DNA of 64,000 nt from Mobula hypostoma. Lineage: Eukaryota. The notes under the pieces are model-generated. The model saw only the letters and a list, made by a program, of their open reading frames with translations, made no database searches and was not told where the DNA came from. The stretch lies in the NCBI RefSeq assembly GCF_963921235.1, contig NC_086097.1, forward strand, positions 158,660,001-158,724,000, given 5' to 3'. Positions 24,957 to 37,079 of this stretch are shown here, piece after piece (within the stretch, counting starts at the first letter, position 1; each line of letters opens with the position of its first letter). The translations under genes were made by a program, and so were the position numbers.

Positions 24957-25692
24957 CCATTCAACTCCGGACCTCATGGCAGCTGTAGCCCAAACATAGC
25001 CTATGGTTTTCTGTGATATAATGAGAGTTAATGACTTTGACATCAAGGGAGTGGTAGCTGAGCGGCACCCAAAAATCATTGTTACTATTCACTAAGAATC
25101 AAGGGGAATTTTTTGCACTGGCTGAAGTTATACCTATACCTAAATCTGAGTTATACTTGAAAACATGGCTGTGAAGAACAGATATTTCTCAGCACTCAGC
25201 CCCACCCAGCAGGTTCCTCAGGGCACTCTTCTCAGCCCAAACATCTTAACTTGAACCTCAGTGACTTTTCTTCCATATAAGGTCCAGGAAAAAGATATTC
25301 ATAATGGTTGCACAGTTGTTCTTAAACATTAGCTGCTGGTGGTGAGTTGCCTTCTTGAACTGCTGCAGTTGTTGAGGTGTGTTTGTACCCACAATGCTAT
25401 TAGAAGGGGATTCCAGGAGGTTGAACCAGTGATGTTGATAAAACAGAGATATATTTCCAAATCAGTATAATATGTGGCTTGGAGGGCAACTTCCATGTGG
25501 TGGTGTAGCAATGTTTTTACTCCCTTTTTCCTTCTATCGGGTAGAGCTTGTGGGCTTGGAATGTGAAGTCCACGGAGCCTTGATGTGTCACTGTAATGCA
25601 TCCTGTAGATAGTACAAACTTGCTGCTGTGCATCGATGGTGCAGTCAGTGAATGGTTGTGCATGGGGTGCCTATCAAGTTAAGTTCTGTATA

Positions 25693-26869
25693 GCAACACA
25701 CACAAAATGCTGGAGGAACCCAGCGGGCCAGGCAACACCTATGGAAAACAGTACAGTCGATGTTTTTGGCCGAGGGGAAGGAGATACACAATGTCATAGG
25801 TGACACCAGGAGGGGGACGGACGGATGAAGTTAAGAGCTGGAAAGTTGATTGGTGAAAGAGATACAGGGCTGGAGAAGGTGGAGAGGACAGAAGGGCATG
25901 GAAGAAAGAAAAGGGGGTGTGGAGCACCAGAGAGAGGCCATGGGTAGGCAAGGAGATAAGGTCAGAGAGGGAAAAGGGGATGGGGATTGGTGAAGGGGAG
26001 GGGTGGGGCCATTACCAGAAGTTTGAGAAATCAATGCTTATACTATCAGTCTGGGGACTACCCAGATGGAATATAAGGTGTTGTTCCTCCAACCTGAGTG
26101 TGGCCTCTTCGCGACAATAGAGGAGGCCACGGATTGATCTAGCAGAATGGGAATGGAAAGTGGATCTCGCTTCTTCTGGCAGACGGGGCATAGGTGCTCA
26201 GTGAACCAGTTTTCAAAACTATTCAGGTCTCTCTGGTGTACGCACCGGGAGCACCGGACTCCATATATGACACCAGCAGACACATAGATGAACTGTTGCC
26301 TCACCTGGAAGGACATTTAGGGCCCTGAATGGTAGTGAGGGAGGAGGTGTAGGGGCAGGTGTAGCACTTGTTCCGCTTGTAAGGATAAGTGCCAGGAGGA
26401 AGATCAGTGGGGAGGGACAAATGTACAAGGAGTCATGTATGGAGCGATCCCTGTGGAAAGCAGTAAGTTGGGGGGGGGGGGGTGGAGGGAAAGATGTGTT
26501 TGGTGGTGGGATCCTGTTGAAGATGGCCCAAGTTCTGGAGAATTATGTGCTGGATGTAGAGGCTAGTGGGGTGGTAAGTGAGGACAATAGGAACACTATC
26601 CCTGGTAAGGTGGCGGGAGGATGGGGTAAGAGCAGACGTGTGTGAAATAGAAGAGATGCGGTTGAGGGCAGCGTTGATGGTGGAAGAAGGGAAGTTCCTT
26701 TCTTTGAAAAAGGAAGACATCTCCTTTGATCTATAATGGAAAGCTTCATCCTGAGAACAGTTACAGTGGATATGGAAATATTGAGAGAGGGGGACGGTAG
26801 AATGAAAAGCCTCATCCTGAGAGCAACTGCGGCAGAAACAGAAAATTTGAGAGAAGGGAGGGTTCTGTA
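25693..26869 (-). mobile_element. Decayed Penelope-like element
   Basis: Minus frames read CSQDEAFH, MSSFFKERNFPSSTINAAL, LTYHPTSL and GVIYGVRCSRC; homologous to 60874-62368. Confidence 0.85.
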
Positions 26870-27373
26870 CGGTGTCCAGCTTCTTGAGTGTTGTTGAAGC
26901 TACACTCACCTTGGCGAGTCAAGAGTATTCCGACACACTCCTTACAAGCCTTGGTGACTGTAAGCACCTGGGATATTAATATTGTGAGATTATGTGAAAA
27001 TATTGCCGTTGAATGCCAGTGGGCGAGAGATGGATTTTCTCTTGTGGGATATCATCATTGCTTGGTACTTGTGTAGCAGTAATGTTCCTTGTCACTTATC
27101 AGCCTGGGCCAAGATATTGTCGAGATTTTGCTGCATTGGGATGTGGAATGCTTCATTATATAAATTGTGAAGGTTGCTGACTATGTCAATGTTTTTCGCT
27201 TGCTTCAGTAAAGCAGCCAGCATAATCAAAGACCCTGTCCATATTCTCTGTTCTCCCCATTGGGCAGAAGATACAAAAGCCTAACAGCATGTCCCATGAA
27301 TCTCAAGGACAGCTTCTGTCATGCTGTTATCAGACTTGTAATATGGTCTCTTGCCCTCATCATCTACATCATT

Positions 27374-28822
27374 ATGTCACTCCGCTATTTAAGAAGGGGG
27401 CAAGGAAGGAAAAAGGAAATTATAGACCTGTTAGCTTGACATCAGTGGTTGGGAAGTTGTTGGAGTCGATTGTCAAGGATGAGGTTACGGAGTACCTGGA
27501 GGCATATGACAAGATAGGCAGAACTCAGCATGGTTTCCTTAAAGGAAAATCCTGCCTGACAAACCTATTACAATTTGTTGAAGAAATTACAAGTAGGCTA
27601 GACGAGGGAGATGCAGTGGGCATTGTATATTTGGATTTTCAGAAGGCCTTTGACAAGGTGCCACACATGAGGCTACTTAACAAGATAAGAGCCCATGGAA
27701 TTACAGGAAAGTTACATACGTGGATAGGGTGTTAGCTGATTGGCAGGAAACAGAGAGTGGGAATAAAGGGATCCTATTCTGCTTGGCTGCCGGTTACCAG
27801 TGGTGTTCCACAGGGATCAGTGTTGGGGCCGCTTCTTTTTACATTGTACATCAACGATTTGGATTACGGAATAGATGGCTTTGTGGCTAAGTTTGCTCAT
27901 GATACGAAGATAGGTGGAGGGGCCGGTAGTACTGAGGAAACGGAGAGTCTGCAGAGAGACTTGGATAGATTGGAAGAATGGGCAAAGAAGTGGCAAATGA
28001 AATACAATGTTGGAAAGCGTATGGTTATGCACTTTGGTAGAAGAAATAAATGGGCAGACTATTATTTAAATAGGGAGAGAATTCAAAGTTCTGAGATGCA
28101 ATGGGAGTTGGGAGTCCTCGTGCAGGATACCCTTAAGGTTAACCTCCAGGTTGAGTCGGTGGTGAAGAAGGAGAATACAATGTTGACATTTATTTCTAGA
28201 GGAATAGAGTATAGGAGCAGGGATGTGATGTTGAGGCTATATAAGGTGCTGGTGAGACCTCACTTGGAGTACTGTGGGCAGTTTTGGTCTCCCTATTTAA
28301 GAAAGGATGTGCTGACGTTGGAGACAGTAACAGAGAAGATTCACTAGAATGTTTCTGGGAATGAGAGGGTTAACATATGAGGAACGTTTGTCTGCTCTTG
28401 GACTGTATTCCTTGGAGTTTAGAAGAATGAGGGGGGACCTCATAGAAACATTTTGAATGTTGAAAGGCATGGACAGAGTGGATGTGGCACAGTTGTTTCC
28501 CATGATGGGGGAGTCTAGTACGAGAGGGCATGACTTAAGGATTGAAGGGCACCCATTCAGAACAGAGATGCGAAGAAATTTTTTTAGTCAGAGGGTGGTG
28601 AATCTATGGAATTTGTTGCCATGGGCAGCAGTGGAGGCCAAGTCATTGGGTGTATTTAAGGCAGAGATTGATAGGTATTTGAGTAGCCAGGTCATCAAAG
28701 GTTATGGTGAGAAGGAGGGGGAGTGGGTCTAAATGGGAGAATGGATCAGCTCATGATAAAATGGCGGAGCAGACTCGATGGGCCGAATGGCTGACTTCTG
28801 CTCCTTTGTCGTATGGTCGTAT
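27374..28822 (+). mobile_element. 5'-truncated CR1 (RT + 3' UTR) inserted in a Rex1-type 3' remnant
   Basis: VTPLFKKG...NYRPVSLTS, YLDFQKAFDKV, GVPQGSVLGP and KFAHDTK; the tail is gtcgtatggtcgtatg. Confidence 0.92.
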
Positions 28823-29692
28823 GATCATTATGATACTTCACTTCATTGTTTACTTGCGCCACACTCTTGTATAACTTTTACAATTTATTCTGCATTATTA
28901 GTGTTTTACCTTACTGTAGCTCAATGCACTAAGTAATAATTTAATCTGAATAAACAGCGAGCAATATGCTTTCAAAGGTCCGTTTATTATCAAAGCATGT
29001 ATCTATATACAAGTCTGAAATTTGAATTTCTCCAGATAGACATGAAACAATGAAAGAACATGAAAGTTATTCAGAAAGGAATACCCCTGTACAAAAAAGA
29101 ACAGCACCCCGATCATCACCTCCACCCTCACACAAAACAGAAAAGGAATATCGATTGATCCACAAAAAGAACAACCCCTCCCCCACACAAAAACTAACAG
29201 AACACTAAACAGGACATCAACCTCCAAACACCCTCCCTTTGCACAGCAAAAAAGAAAAGGAACGGGCGATAAAATGTCACAGAATATATACTGTAAAGCA
29301 TAAGTCTGAAAAAGTTTACAATCCATAAACGAGGAACCACGTTACCATCCTCGATACTACTGACATTCATCGAAAGAGAGGAACACCACTCGAGGCAGAG
29401 GGGCCCCCCACCTGCCACAGTGAGCCACTCATTGATAGGCTGCTCACCGACTCCTTCTCCAGCAGCGATCAAAAAGTAGGCAGTCAGTGCTAAAACTCTT
29501 GCTCACTTATCACTGAATCTTGACAACAATAAGCCAATACCAATAATAAACTAATGCCAATACCATTGAACATCCCTAGTTTTGATCTTGCAGTAGAATG
29601 CAGTTCATTGGTGATGCAGCTGAAGATGGTTGAGCTTAGGGCACTATCAAATGAATTCCTGCAGAGATGTCCTGTGACTGAGTTGATTGATC

Positions 29693-30582
29693 TCCAACCA
29701 GTACAACAATCTTCCTTTGTGCTCGCTCTGATTCCAACCAGTACAACAATCTTCCTTTGTGCTAGCTCTAATTCCAACCAGTACAACAATCTTCCTTTGT
29801 GCTCACTCTGATTCCAACCAGTACAACAATCTTCCTTTGTGCTCACTCTGATTCCAACCAGTACAACAATCTTCCTTTGTGCTCACTCTGATTCCAACCA
29901 GTACAACAATCTTCCTTTGTGCTCACTCTGATTCCAACCAGTACAACAATCTTCCTTTGTGCTAGCTCTAATTCCAACCAGTACAACAATCTTCCTTTGT
30001 GCTAGCTCTGATTCCAACCAGTACAACAATCTTCCTTTGTGCTAGCTCTAATTCCAACCAGTACAACAATCTTCCTTTGTGCTAGCTCTGATTCCAACCA
30101 GTACAACAATCTTCCTTTGTGCTAGCTCTGATTCCAACCAGTACAACAATCTTCCTTTGTGCTAGCTCTGATTCCAACCAGTACAACAATCTTCCTTTGT
30201 GCTAGCTCTGATTCCAACCAGTACAACAATCTTCCTTTGTGCTAGCTCTGATTCCAACCAGTACAACAATCTTCCTTTGTGCTAGCTCTAATTCCAACCA
30301 GTACAACAATCTTCCTTTGTGCTAGCTCTGATTCCAACCAGTACAACAATCTTCCTTTGTGCTAGCTCTGATTCCAACCAGTACAACAATCTTCCTTTGT
30401 GCTAGCTCTAATTCCAACCAGTACAACAATCTTCCTTTGTGCTAGCTCTAATTCCAACCAGTACAACAATCTTCCTTTGTGCTCGCTCTGATTCCAACCA
30501 GTACAACAATCTTCCTTTGTGCTCGCTCTGATTCCAACCAGTACAACAATCTTCCTTTGTGCTAGCTCTGATTCCAACCAGT
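29693..30582. repeat. 40-bp minisatellite, ~22 copies
   Basis: Unit TTCCAACCAGTACAACAATCTTCCTTTGTGCT(AG/CA/CG)CTCT(G/A)A is repeated head to tail with no spacers. Confidence 0.98.
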
Positions 30583-30806
30583 GGAGGCTTTACTCATTAA
30601 TTCCCATTGGCTCCAGGTTAGCAGGATTGCTTGATGCCATGTTTGATCAAATGCTATCCTGATGTGAAGGGTACTGATTCTAATTTCAACTCTGAAAGTC
30701 AGCTCATCTGTATTATTCAAGTCCATCCACAAGTCCTCAGATAATGAAGCAGTGATGTCTCAAATCCTGGACACTCTTTAGGCAAGATAAGCTGCTAGTA
30801 ACATAC

Positions 30807-31379
30807 TGCAGACATCCCACCTCTCCCGGAAGTTCCGGAAGTCTCCCGCGTATTAATAGTGGCTCCCTGATGCCCACAAATTATATACAATATCACAGAA
30901 ATCAATTTTTTTGAGAGAGAGTGAGAGAGGAAGCAAGAGAGAGTGCGAGCGAGAGAGAGAGCACGAAAGCGACCACGAGGGGGAGAGAGAAAGCGCGAGC
31001 GAGAGAGGGAGAGAGAGAGAGAGAGAGAGCCATGGCAGAGTGTTCCGAAAAAAAAAGAAAATATAAAACATATGTCACCCCAGACTACACTAAAGTGTAC
31101 CCCTGCCTAATAGGGGTCAAAATAATGACAGTGTTGCTCGCTGCACTGTTTGCAACAGTGACTCTTCTATTGCCCATGGTGGATTAAGACTGTAAAAGAC
31201 ATGTTGAGGTGAGTTTAACAGGCGTCATTCGTTCATTAGCGTAGCTAACATTATTTAAACTAGCTGGCCAGCTGCTAAGGAGCTACTCTGTTGCAGACAT
31301 CCCACCTCTCCTGAAAGTCTCCCGCAAATTGATGGAGCTACCTCCCTGAAATGAGTTTTTGCAGGGTGGGATGTCTGCA
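30807..31379 (+). mobile_element. Non-autonomous DNA transposon derivative (hAT-like) retaining a transposase N-terminal zinc-finger exon remnant
   Basis: 15-bp inverted termini TGCAGACATCCCACC / GGTGGGATGTCTGCA. GCCATGG at 31032 opens MAECSEKKRKYK..., then frameshifted ARCTVCNSDSSIAHGG..DCKRHVE and a GTGAGT donor at 31209. Confidence 0.7.
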
Positions 31380-31394
31380 TTCTGTCGTGCAAGT

Positions 31395-31805
31395 GTCTGA
31401 GTTGTTGCAGTAGATGCAGCCCTGGACAGTCGTGTCAGAATAGGAATGGAAGTTGAATTGAAATAGGTATTTACTGGGAGATCCTGCCTTTTGCGGTGGA
31501 CAGCGTGAAGGTGATGTCCCAATGTCTACTATCCAGTGTCCTCTCCTATTAGATTCCTTTGTCTTCTGTCCTTTTGCCTCCTCCACCTATCCCAGAAGCT
31601 TACTTCATCCCCTCTCCCCTACACACCCATCATTACCCTCAGCTGCCTTAGCCTGTACTCCTTACTTTCCTCCACACCACATTACTCTGGCTTCTTTCTC
31701 CTTCCTTTCCACTCTCAATAAAGAGTCTTGGCGCAAAACATTGCCTGATTATTCCTCTCCATGGATAATACCTGACTTGCTGAGTTCCTCCAGCATTTTG
31801 TGTGT
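31395..31805. mobile_element. Penelope remnant with inversion
   Basis: 31395-31522 is a minus-strand HLHAVHRKRQDLPV (GIY-YIG region); 31540-31805 is a + strand 3' terminus ending gagttcctccagcattttgtgtg. Confidence 0.65.
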
Positions 31806-31989
31806 ACTGATGCAAACTGTTCCTCCAGTCCCCGTTGTTCATACTGACCTGTTTTCATTACTCTTACGTTATTCCCATTTTTATATTATCAACTCTCTCC
31901 CACCAGTCACCTACTGAATGGCCAAGTAATCTCTCAACCCATACATTTGGGATATGGGAGAAAACCGAAGCACCAGGAGGAAATCAGGG

Positions 31990-33175
31990 CATCAGAATCA
32001 GGTTTATTATCATCGGCATGTGACATGAAATTAGGTAACTTAGCAGCAGCAGTTTAATGCAATACATAGTATAGAAGAGAAAAAAAAATAGATTAGGTTA
32101 GATTATGAGGACACGCAGTCCTCTTTTATTGTCATTTAGTAATGCATGCATTAAGAAATGATTCAATGTTTTTCCAGAATGATATCACAGAAACACATGA
32201 CAAACCGACTTAAAAACTAACAAAAACCACATAATTATAACATATAGTTACAACAGTGCAAAGCAATACTGTAATTTGATAAGAACAGACCATGGCACGA
32301 TAAAAGTCTCAAAAGTCTCTCGAAAGTCCCATCATCTCACGCAGACGCTTAACCTCCAGCGCCGCCAACTTGCCGATGCAGCATACTGGAAGCATCCAAC
32401 CACAGTCTGACTCCGAGTCCATCCAAAAACTCCGAGCCTCCGACCAGCTGTCCGACACCGAGCACCATCTCTGCCGAGCGCTTCAACCCCGGCCCCGGCA
32501 ACAGGCAATAGGCAAAGCCGAGGATTTGGGGCCTTCCCCTCCGGAGATTCTCGATCGCACAGTAGCAGCAGCAGTGAAGAAGGCATTTCAGAAGTTACTT
32601 CAGGTGTTCCTCTGTGCTTCTCATGGCTGTCTCCAACAAATCCGGATTGTGCATGGCCCCCTACTTAACACATACGATATTCATTCGGAACGGCCGCGCG
32701 CACTGCGTCACGCCGCCATCTTCTCCTCCTCCTCCTCCTCCTAATAATAAACAAAATAAAAAAAAATAAATAAACAAGTAAAGCAAATACAGTATAGGTA
32801 TATTGAATAGATTAAAAATGTGCAAAAAAACAGAAATACTGTATATTAAAAAAAGTGAGGTAGTGTCCAAGGATTCAATGTCCATTTAGGAATCGAATTG
32901 CAGAGGTAAAGAAGCTGTTCCTGAATCGCTGAGTGTGTGCCTTCAGGCTTCTGTATCTCCTACCTAACGGTAACAGTGAGAAAAGGGCATGCCCTGGGTG
33001 CTGGAGGTCCTTAGTAATGGATGCTGCCTTACTGAGACACCACTCCCTGAAGATGTCCTGGGTACTTTGTAGGCTAGTACCCAAGATGGAGCTGACTAGA
33101 TTTACAACCCTCTGCAGCTTCTCTCGGTTCTGTGCAGTAGCCTCTCCATACCAGCCTGTCAGAATGCTCTCCATT
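31990..33175 (-). mobile_element. Rex1/Babar-type 3' fragment split by retroposon copy 4
   Basis: atcagaatcaggtttattatc tail; ORF 32875-33174 reads ESILTGWYG...HPGHALFSLLPLGRRYRSL. Confidence 0.75.
32089..32741 (-). mobile_element. ~640-bp retroposon copy 4
   Basis: tagattaggttagattatgaggacacgcagtcctc at the left end and gccgccatcttc(tcc)n at the right end. Confidence 0.85.
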
Positions 33176-33556
33176 TACAACTATAGGAGAACATGCAAGG
33201 TCCATGCAGACAGTTCCAGAGGTCAGGATTGATCTTTGATCCCTGTCAATATGAGCTTTGCCTCTGTACCATATTATGTTTCTTCAATTGATTGGAAATG
33301 ACTATTAAATAAACACATCTGCTATTCATTTTATCCCATAAATGACCTATAGTTTCTGATCAAGTTAGAAGGTTTTTCGGCTAAAAATTTACCATTATTC
33401 TGTCAGCATCAAATAGCTTATTTGGTAATACATTCACTACAGCTCTGAGATTAAGGACTCTCCCCTAAACATTTGCATCATCACCGACTCCCAATATTAC
33501 CTGCTTTGTTTTAACTTATTTCAGAATTTTTGACTTTGCAATATTTATTTTTGAGT

Positions 33557-33717
33557 GGCAGGGTAGAGGTACATCTCTACCAAAGGAGGTGAAAGGCGCT
33601 CCTTCCCTCAGCTAGCCTGCAGGTCACCCTTGGACAAGGTGTGGCATCTGTTTAGTCCCCCAATCAGAGTCATGATTATTGGAAGACCATGGTCGCCCAT
33701 GTCTTATAGCAGGACAC

Positions 33718-33750
<33 letters not shown>
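33557..33750 (+). mobile_element. Short retroposon-like sequence ending in an (ATG)n microsatellite
   Basis: A GC-richer, hairpin-rich head in AT-rich context, followed by (ATG)11 at 33718-33750. Confidence 0.45.
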
Positions 33751-33752
<2 letters not shown>

Positions 33753-33884
33753 TATCTCTTAATACCTCTTGCACATCAATGGTGTATGAGCAAAAATGAT
33801 ATGGTACAAACTTGCAAGTCTCAGTACAGCTTGTTGCAATAAGTTTGGAGGAAATGTTTAAAGAGCTCTTTCTTTCTTTTGCAG

Positions 33885-33959
33885 AGGGAATGGCTGCAGT
33901 TGGACAGGCTTAAAAACCAGCTGTCGGACTCTATTCAACGTTATGGAGCTTTGCAGAAG
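33885..33959 (+). CDS. TSNARE1: TSNARE1-like internal coding exon B (75 nt, phase 0/0)
   Basis: Acceptor ctctttctttcttttgcag ends at 33884; the donor is AAG|GTAGAG. Translates [25 protein letters not shown] (cf. TSNARE1 [21 protein letters not shown]) and is in frame with exon A. Confidence 0.9.
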
Positions 33960-36374
33960 GTAGAGACACAAATGCAGATAATATCTTCTGATTGCTTATT
34001 AACATTTAAGACCTGTCATTTGCTCCACTTTTCCTGTAGCTTTGCTGATTTATGGCTTTGGTGTTTAACCTTGTGCTCTGCGTTGCAATGAAGCTGAATT
34101 CTTTTTGATGCAGTTTGTCATGTTTACTTCCATCAAGCATTCTCATTCATTGAAAACAGTAAGCCAGCCAGTAAAAATGAACAGCTCTGTGGATGCTGCC
34201 ATTAGACTAAATGATTCTTTTAATCCCTTCAGCTTCCAGATAAAAGGAAATGAATATTTCTGTGTATTCCTCTGTAGTGGCAAATTTTGGACTATAATTC
34301 CAGTTAAAAGGATTCAAAATACAGCTAAATAGCAATATTAACTGTAGAAAACAGTAAGGTGATTAAAGAATCACATGCATTTCATTAATGTAGTTACAGT
34401 ATGAAATTGCCTTTGTGAATCTGTCTTTGTTTCAGATTCTTAGCCTTCACATGTTTTCTCTTTGTAATTTTGACATCTTTAAGTCATCCAAATCAGCACA
34501 GTTAATTCTGAATGTAGAGTTCTTTGAGACTGTGGAACAGCTTGATAGAAAAGATATCATTTCTTCTGGGGATATCAAAATTAGGACCATAAATATAAGA
34601 TTATCACCAGTATAGCATGTTCAAAAGAAAACACATATTTGTACAGTAATTAGAATATGGAACTTGTGAACACAGGGAAACAGCAGAGACGTTTTAAGGC
34701 AGAATTAGATAACAAAACTAAAGATTACCGAATAACAAAAATATAACAAAGAAAGGAATTAGAGAATATGTTGGTAGTTTGAGATTATGTTAAAGTAGGA
34801 AGCATTTCTAGAATGGCAGCATGATGTGCGCACTTCCATGTTCCTGTGTGGCTGAAAACAAGGCCAAGAGATTCTTCTGTTCCTTGGGGTGTATTAAAGC
34901 AGCACTTTTCGAGAGCTCAATTTTAGTGTACGATTGTGTGTGAACTTCCATCAGCCTGCATTAATATTTTGTCACGTGGGATGCAAGACTTTGAATAGCC
35001 TTGATATTTGAAGACACGTGCATAGCCATTTCCTCCAAACTTCCCTACCCAAAAATGTCATGGGGACTGAATCACTGAGCATAATCAAGACAAAGGTCAA
35101 CAGATTCTTTGGATTTTAAAGGAATGACAGGAATCGGAGTTTAGGGAGGAAAGTGGCACTGTGATCAAAGGTCAGGCATGCCCTTCAATAATGGTGATGT
35201 AGATGTGAGGAGAGGAGTTGTCTACATCTGTTCTTACACATGTGAGTTTTTATATGACAATATAGCATCACTTGGTATTAATCTTTTATCTGGGGTGCTG
35301 ATTGTCTGGCCCTGTGAAGAGAACATGTGATTTTTAATGGACAGTTCCAAATGCAGGAACTTGCATTCTTCAGTCTGACACACAAAGTAACAGTTCAGAA
35401 TTTGGCTGTAATCTCTGTTAACTATTAAATTTTCTGGCAGTTTCGTCCCACTGTAAAATCAATACCCTGGCATGAGACAGTGGTCTTTCCTTCTCAGTGT
35501 AATTTCATATCCCATTTCATATGATCTGCATCATCTATTTATTGTCTGCAGTGCTGACTAATGTATTTTAATCAAATGTATTGCACTTTCCTATAATTGG
35601 TTCATGTGTTGAATCTTTCATTGTTCTTAATTTATTTCTTAACTGCATCTCATGGTATCGTTAGTCATTCATACATAAGGGTAGATGTGTTGGTGTCTTA
35701 GATTAATCACTTCATCCTTTCTTTCAAATCCAGTACCTTGTCATTACCTTAGAACAATAAAGAGTGAGAAATATTATGTTTGGTATTTCAATGCCTCCCA
35801 ATCACTCCTATTGAAAGTTGGCAAAAATATGCAGACCTTGTCAGTTCAGATTCAATAATACAATGTCTATTGATTCATCCGTCCCCTTTCCTGCAATGCT
35901 GTAGAGTATAAGTTATATTAGAAACTTACTTCTGGAAGCGTACTGATATAGTCAGAATAAAGCAGTCTTGCCTCAGGTATTACTTTACTTTTGAGGCTGA
36001 TTTGAAGTATAAAGTGTGAAGTAACCTGAGAGTGGAACAAAGTGCAGTATCTTTTTTTTTTAAATCTTTCATTACTTAGCTCAGCTACTTGATAAAATAT
36101 GAAGAGTCATGGATGTGAATATACTGTCCATAAAAATGTATCTCTTGTGCTGATGCATTCAGCACAGCAGTTAAGTAGGATCTGCATATCATCAAGAAAG
36201 TTGCCTCAACCGTCTAAATATTCATTTTCATTGCTCAATACAGTTTTGAATGGAATGAAGAAAATGAAAAAAACGTTATCGATACAACAGTCAGATAAAA
36301 TGTGAGGAAAGTTGCCTCGATGAATGTAATTGAAAAATAAATATTGACCTTGGCATGGATAGTTCAAAGCCCAG

Positions 36375-36610
36375 CTGAGAGAGGAGGAGGATTCCCAATC
36401 CCACCCCATAAAAGCCCAAAAGCCCACAGAAACGCCTACAGAAACTCCAAAGACCTCGTCCTTGGGAAAGGAAGGATCTTTGCCTGGCAGATGTATGAAG
36501 TCATGTGGTGAAAGTGGATGCTACCGGGCCAAGACAGAGGACTCTGGCAAGCTACTGTCAGAGGCCTATGCCCCAGTAAGGGTGATGAGCTTAAGAGAAG
36601 AAAGAAGATG
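36375..36610 (+). mobile_element. Probable RTE-related 3'-end fragment
   Basis: gccaagacagaggactctggcaagctactgtcagaggcctatgccccagtaagggtgatgagcttaagagaagaaagaag reads like an RTE C-terminus (QDRGLW...GLCP) with an AAG-rich tail. Confidence 0.45.
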
Positions 36611-37079
36611 GCACCATGACTATTTACTATTTTTCTCTCTAACCAGCAATCTCTCTGGATTTCTGAGGTGTTAATTTGTTTTGTTAGTTCATAACCTATC
36701 TTTGGGGAAAGTGTCACAGAGAGCATGACCATGCATATACAAAATTGTATGAAATATGAGGAAGTGGATCACAGATTAACTTGTTACATGAACATTTGCT
36801 GTTTGTGTTAAAAAGTTACCTTTTTTGGAAGGCAATATAAAATGGTTATGGTTGTTTTTGAAAAATGACACAAATCTTCCTGCTGTTCTTCATCATTTTA
36901 CTGCAAACTACAAAATGTATTTGATGCTTCCTTTGTACTAAAAGGTGCAGAATGTGAATTAAGTTAGGAAAAAAACAGCTTTAACCGCACTCTTTGGCAA
37001 AGAATTCCAGAGATCACCTCCTTCTGTGATTAGAAATTTCCATGTATCTCTGCTTTAAATGAGTGGCCCCATGTAGTTA

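Larger units (their letters stand above)
19080..25320 (+). mobile_element. Old LINE RT remnant (pieces ~19080-19215, 19985-20110, 24957-25320) hosting nested insertions
   Basis: Degenerate translations are colinear for an RT: LFQYSCNTG...PANY / NNL..FG.HQHHSTPD / HSTPDLMA...FDIKG...VPQGTLLSP. Confidence 0.55.
25327..30760 (-). mobile_element. Old LINE remnant in pieces (25327-25680, 26870-27190, ~29490-30760) hosting several insertions and a minisatellite
   Basis: Minus-strand translations AFDQTWHQ, LHWLESELAQRKIVVLVG, DSALSSTIFSCITNEL and STTLKKLDTVQ occur in RT order. Confidence 0.6.

Noticed and set aside
26433..26909. 158-aa ORF
   Set aside because: It is a junction chimera of an old LINE fragment (STTLKKLDTVQ) and a decayed Penelope copy.
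29693..30582. CRISPR-like array
   Set aside because: The units are contiguous with no unique spacers, there are no cas genes, the context is vertebrate, and the unit derives from a LINE RT.
33557..33660. HDV-like ribozyme
   Set aside because: I could not assign P2, P3 and the J4/2 catalytic C consistently; it is kept only as an unexplained structured segment.
33879..34091. 70-aa ORF as a stand-alone gene or extended terminal exon
   Set aside because: Similarity to TSNARE1 stops at the GT donor (33960); the remainder is best explained as chance intronic read-through.
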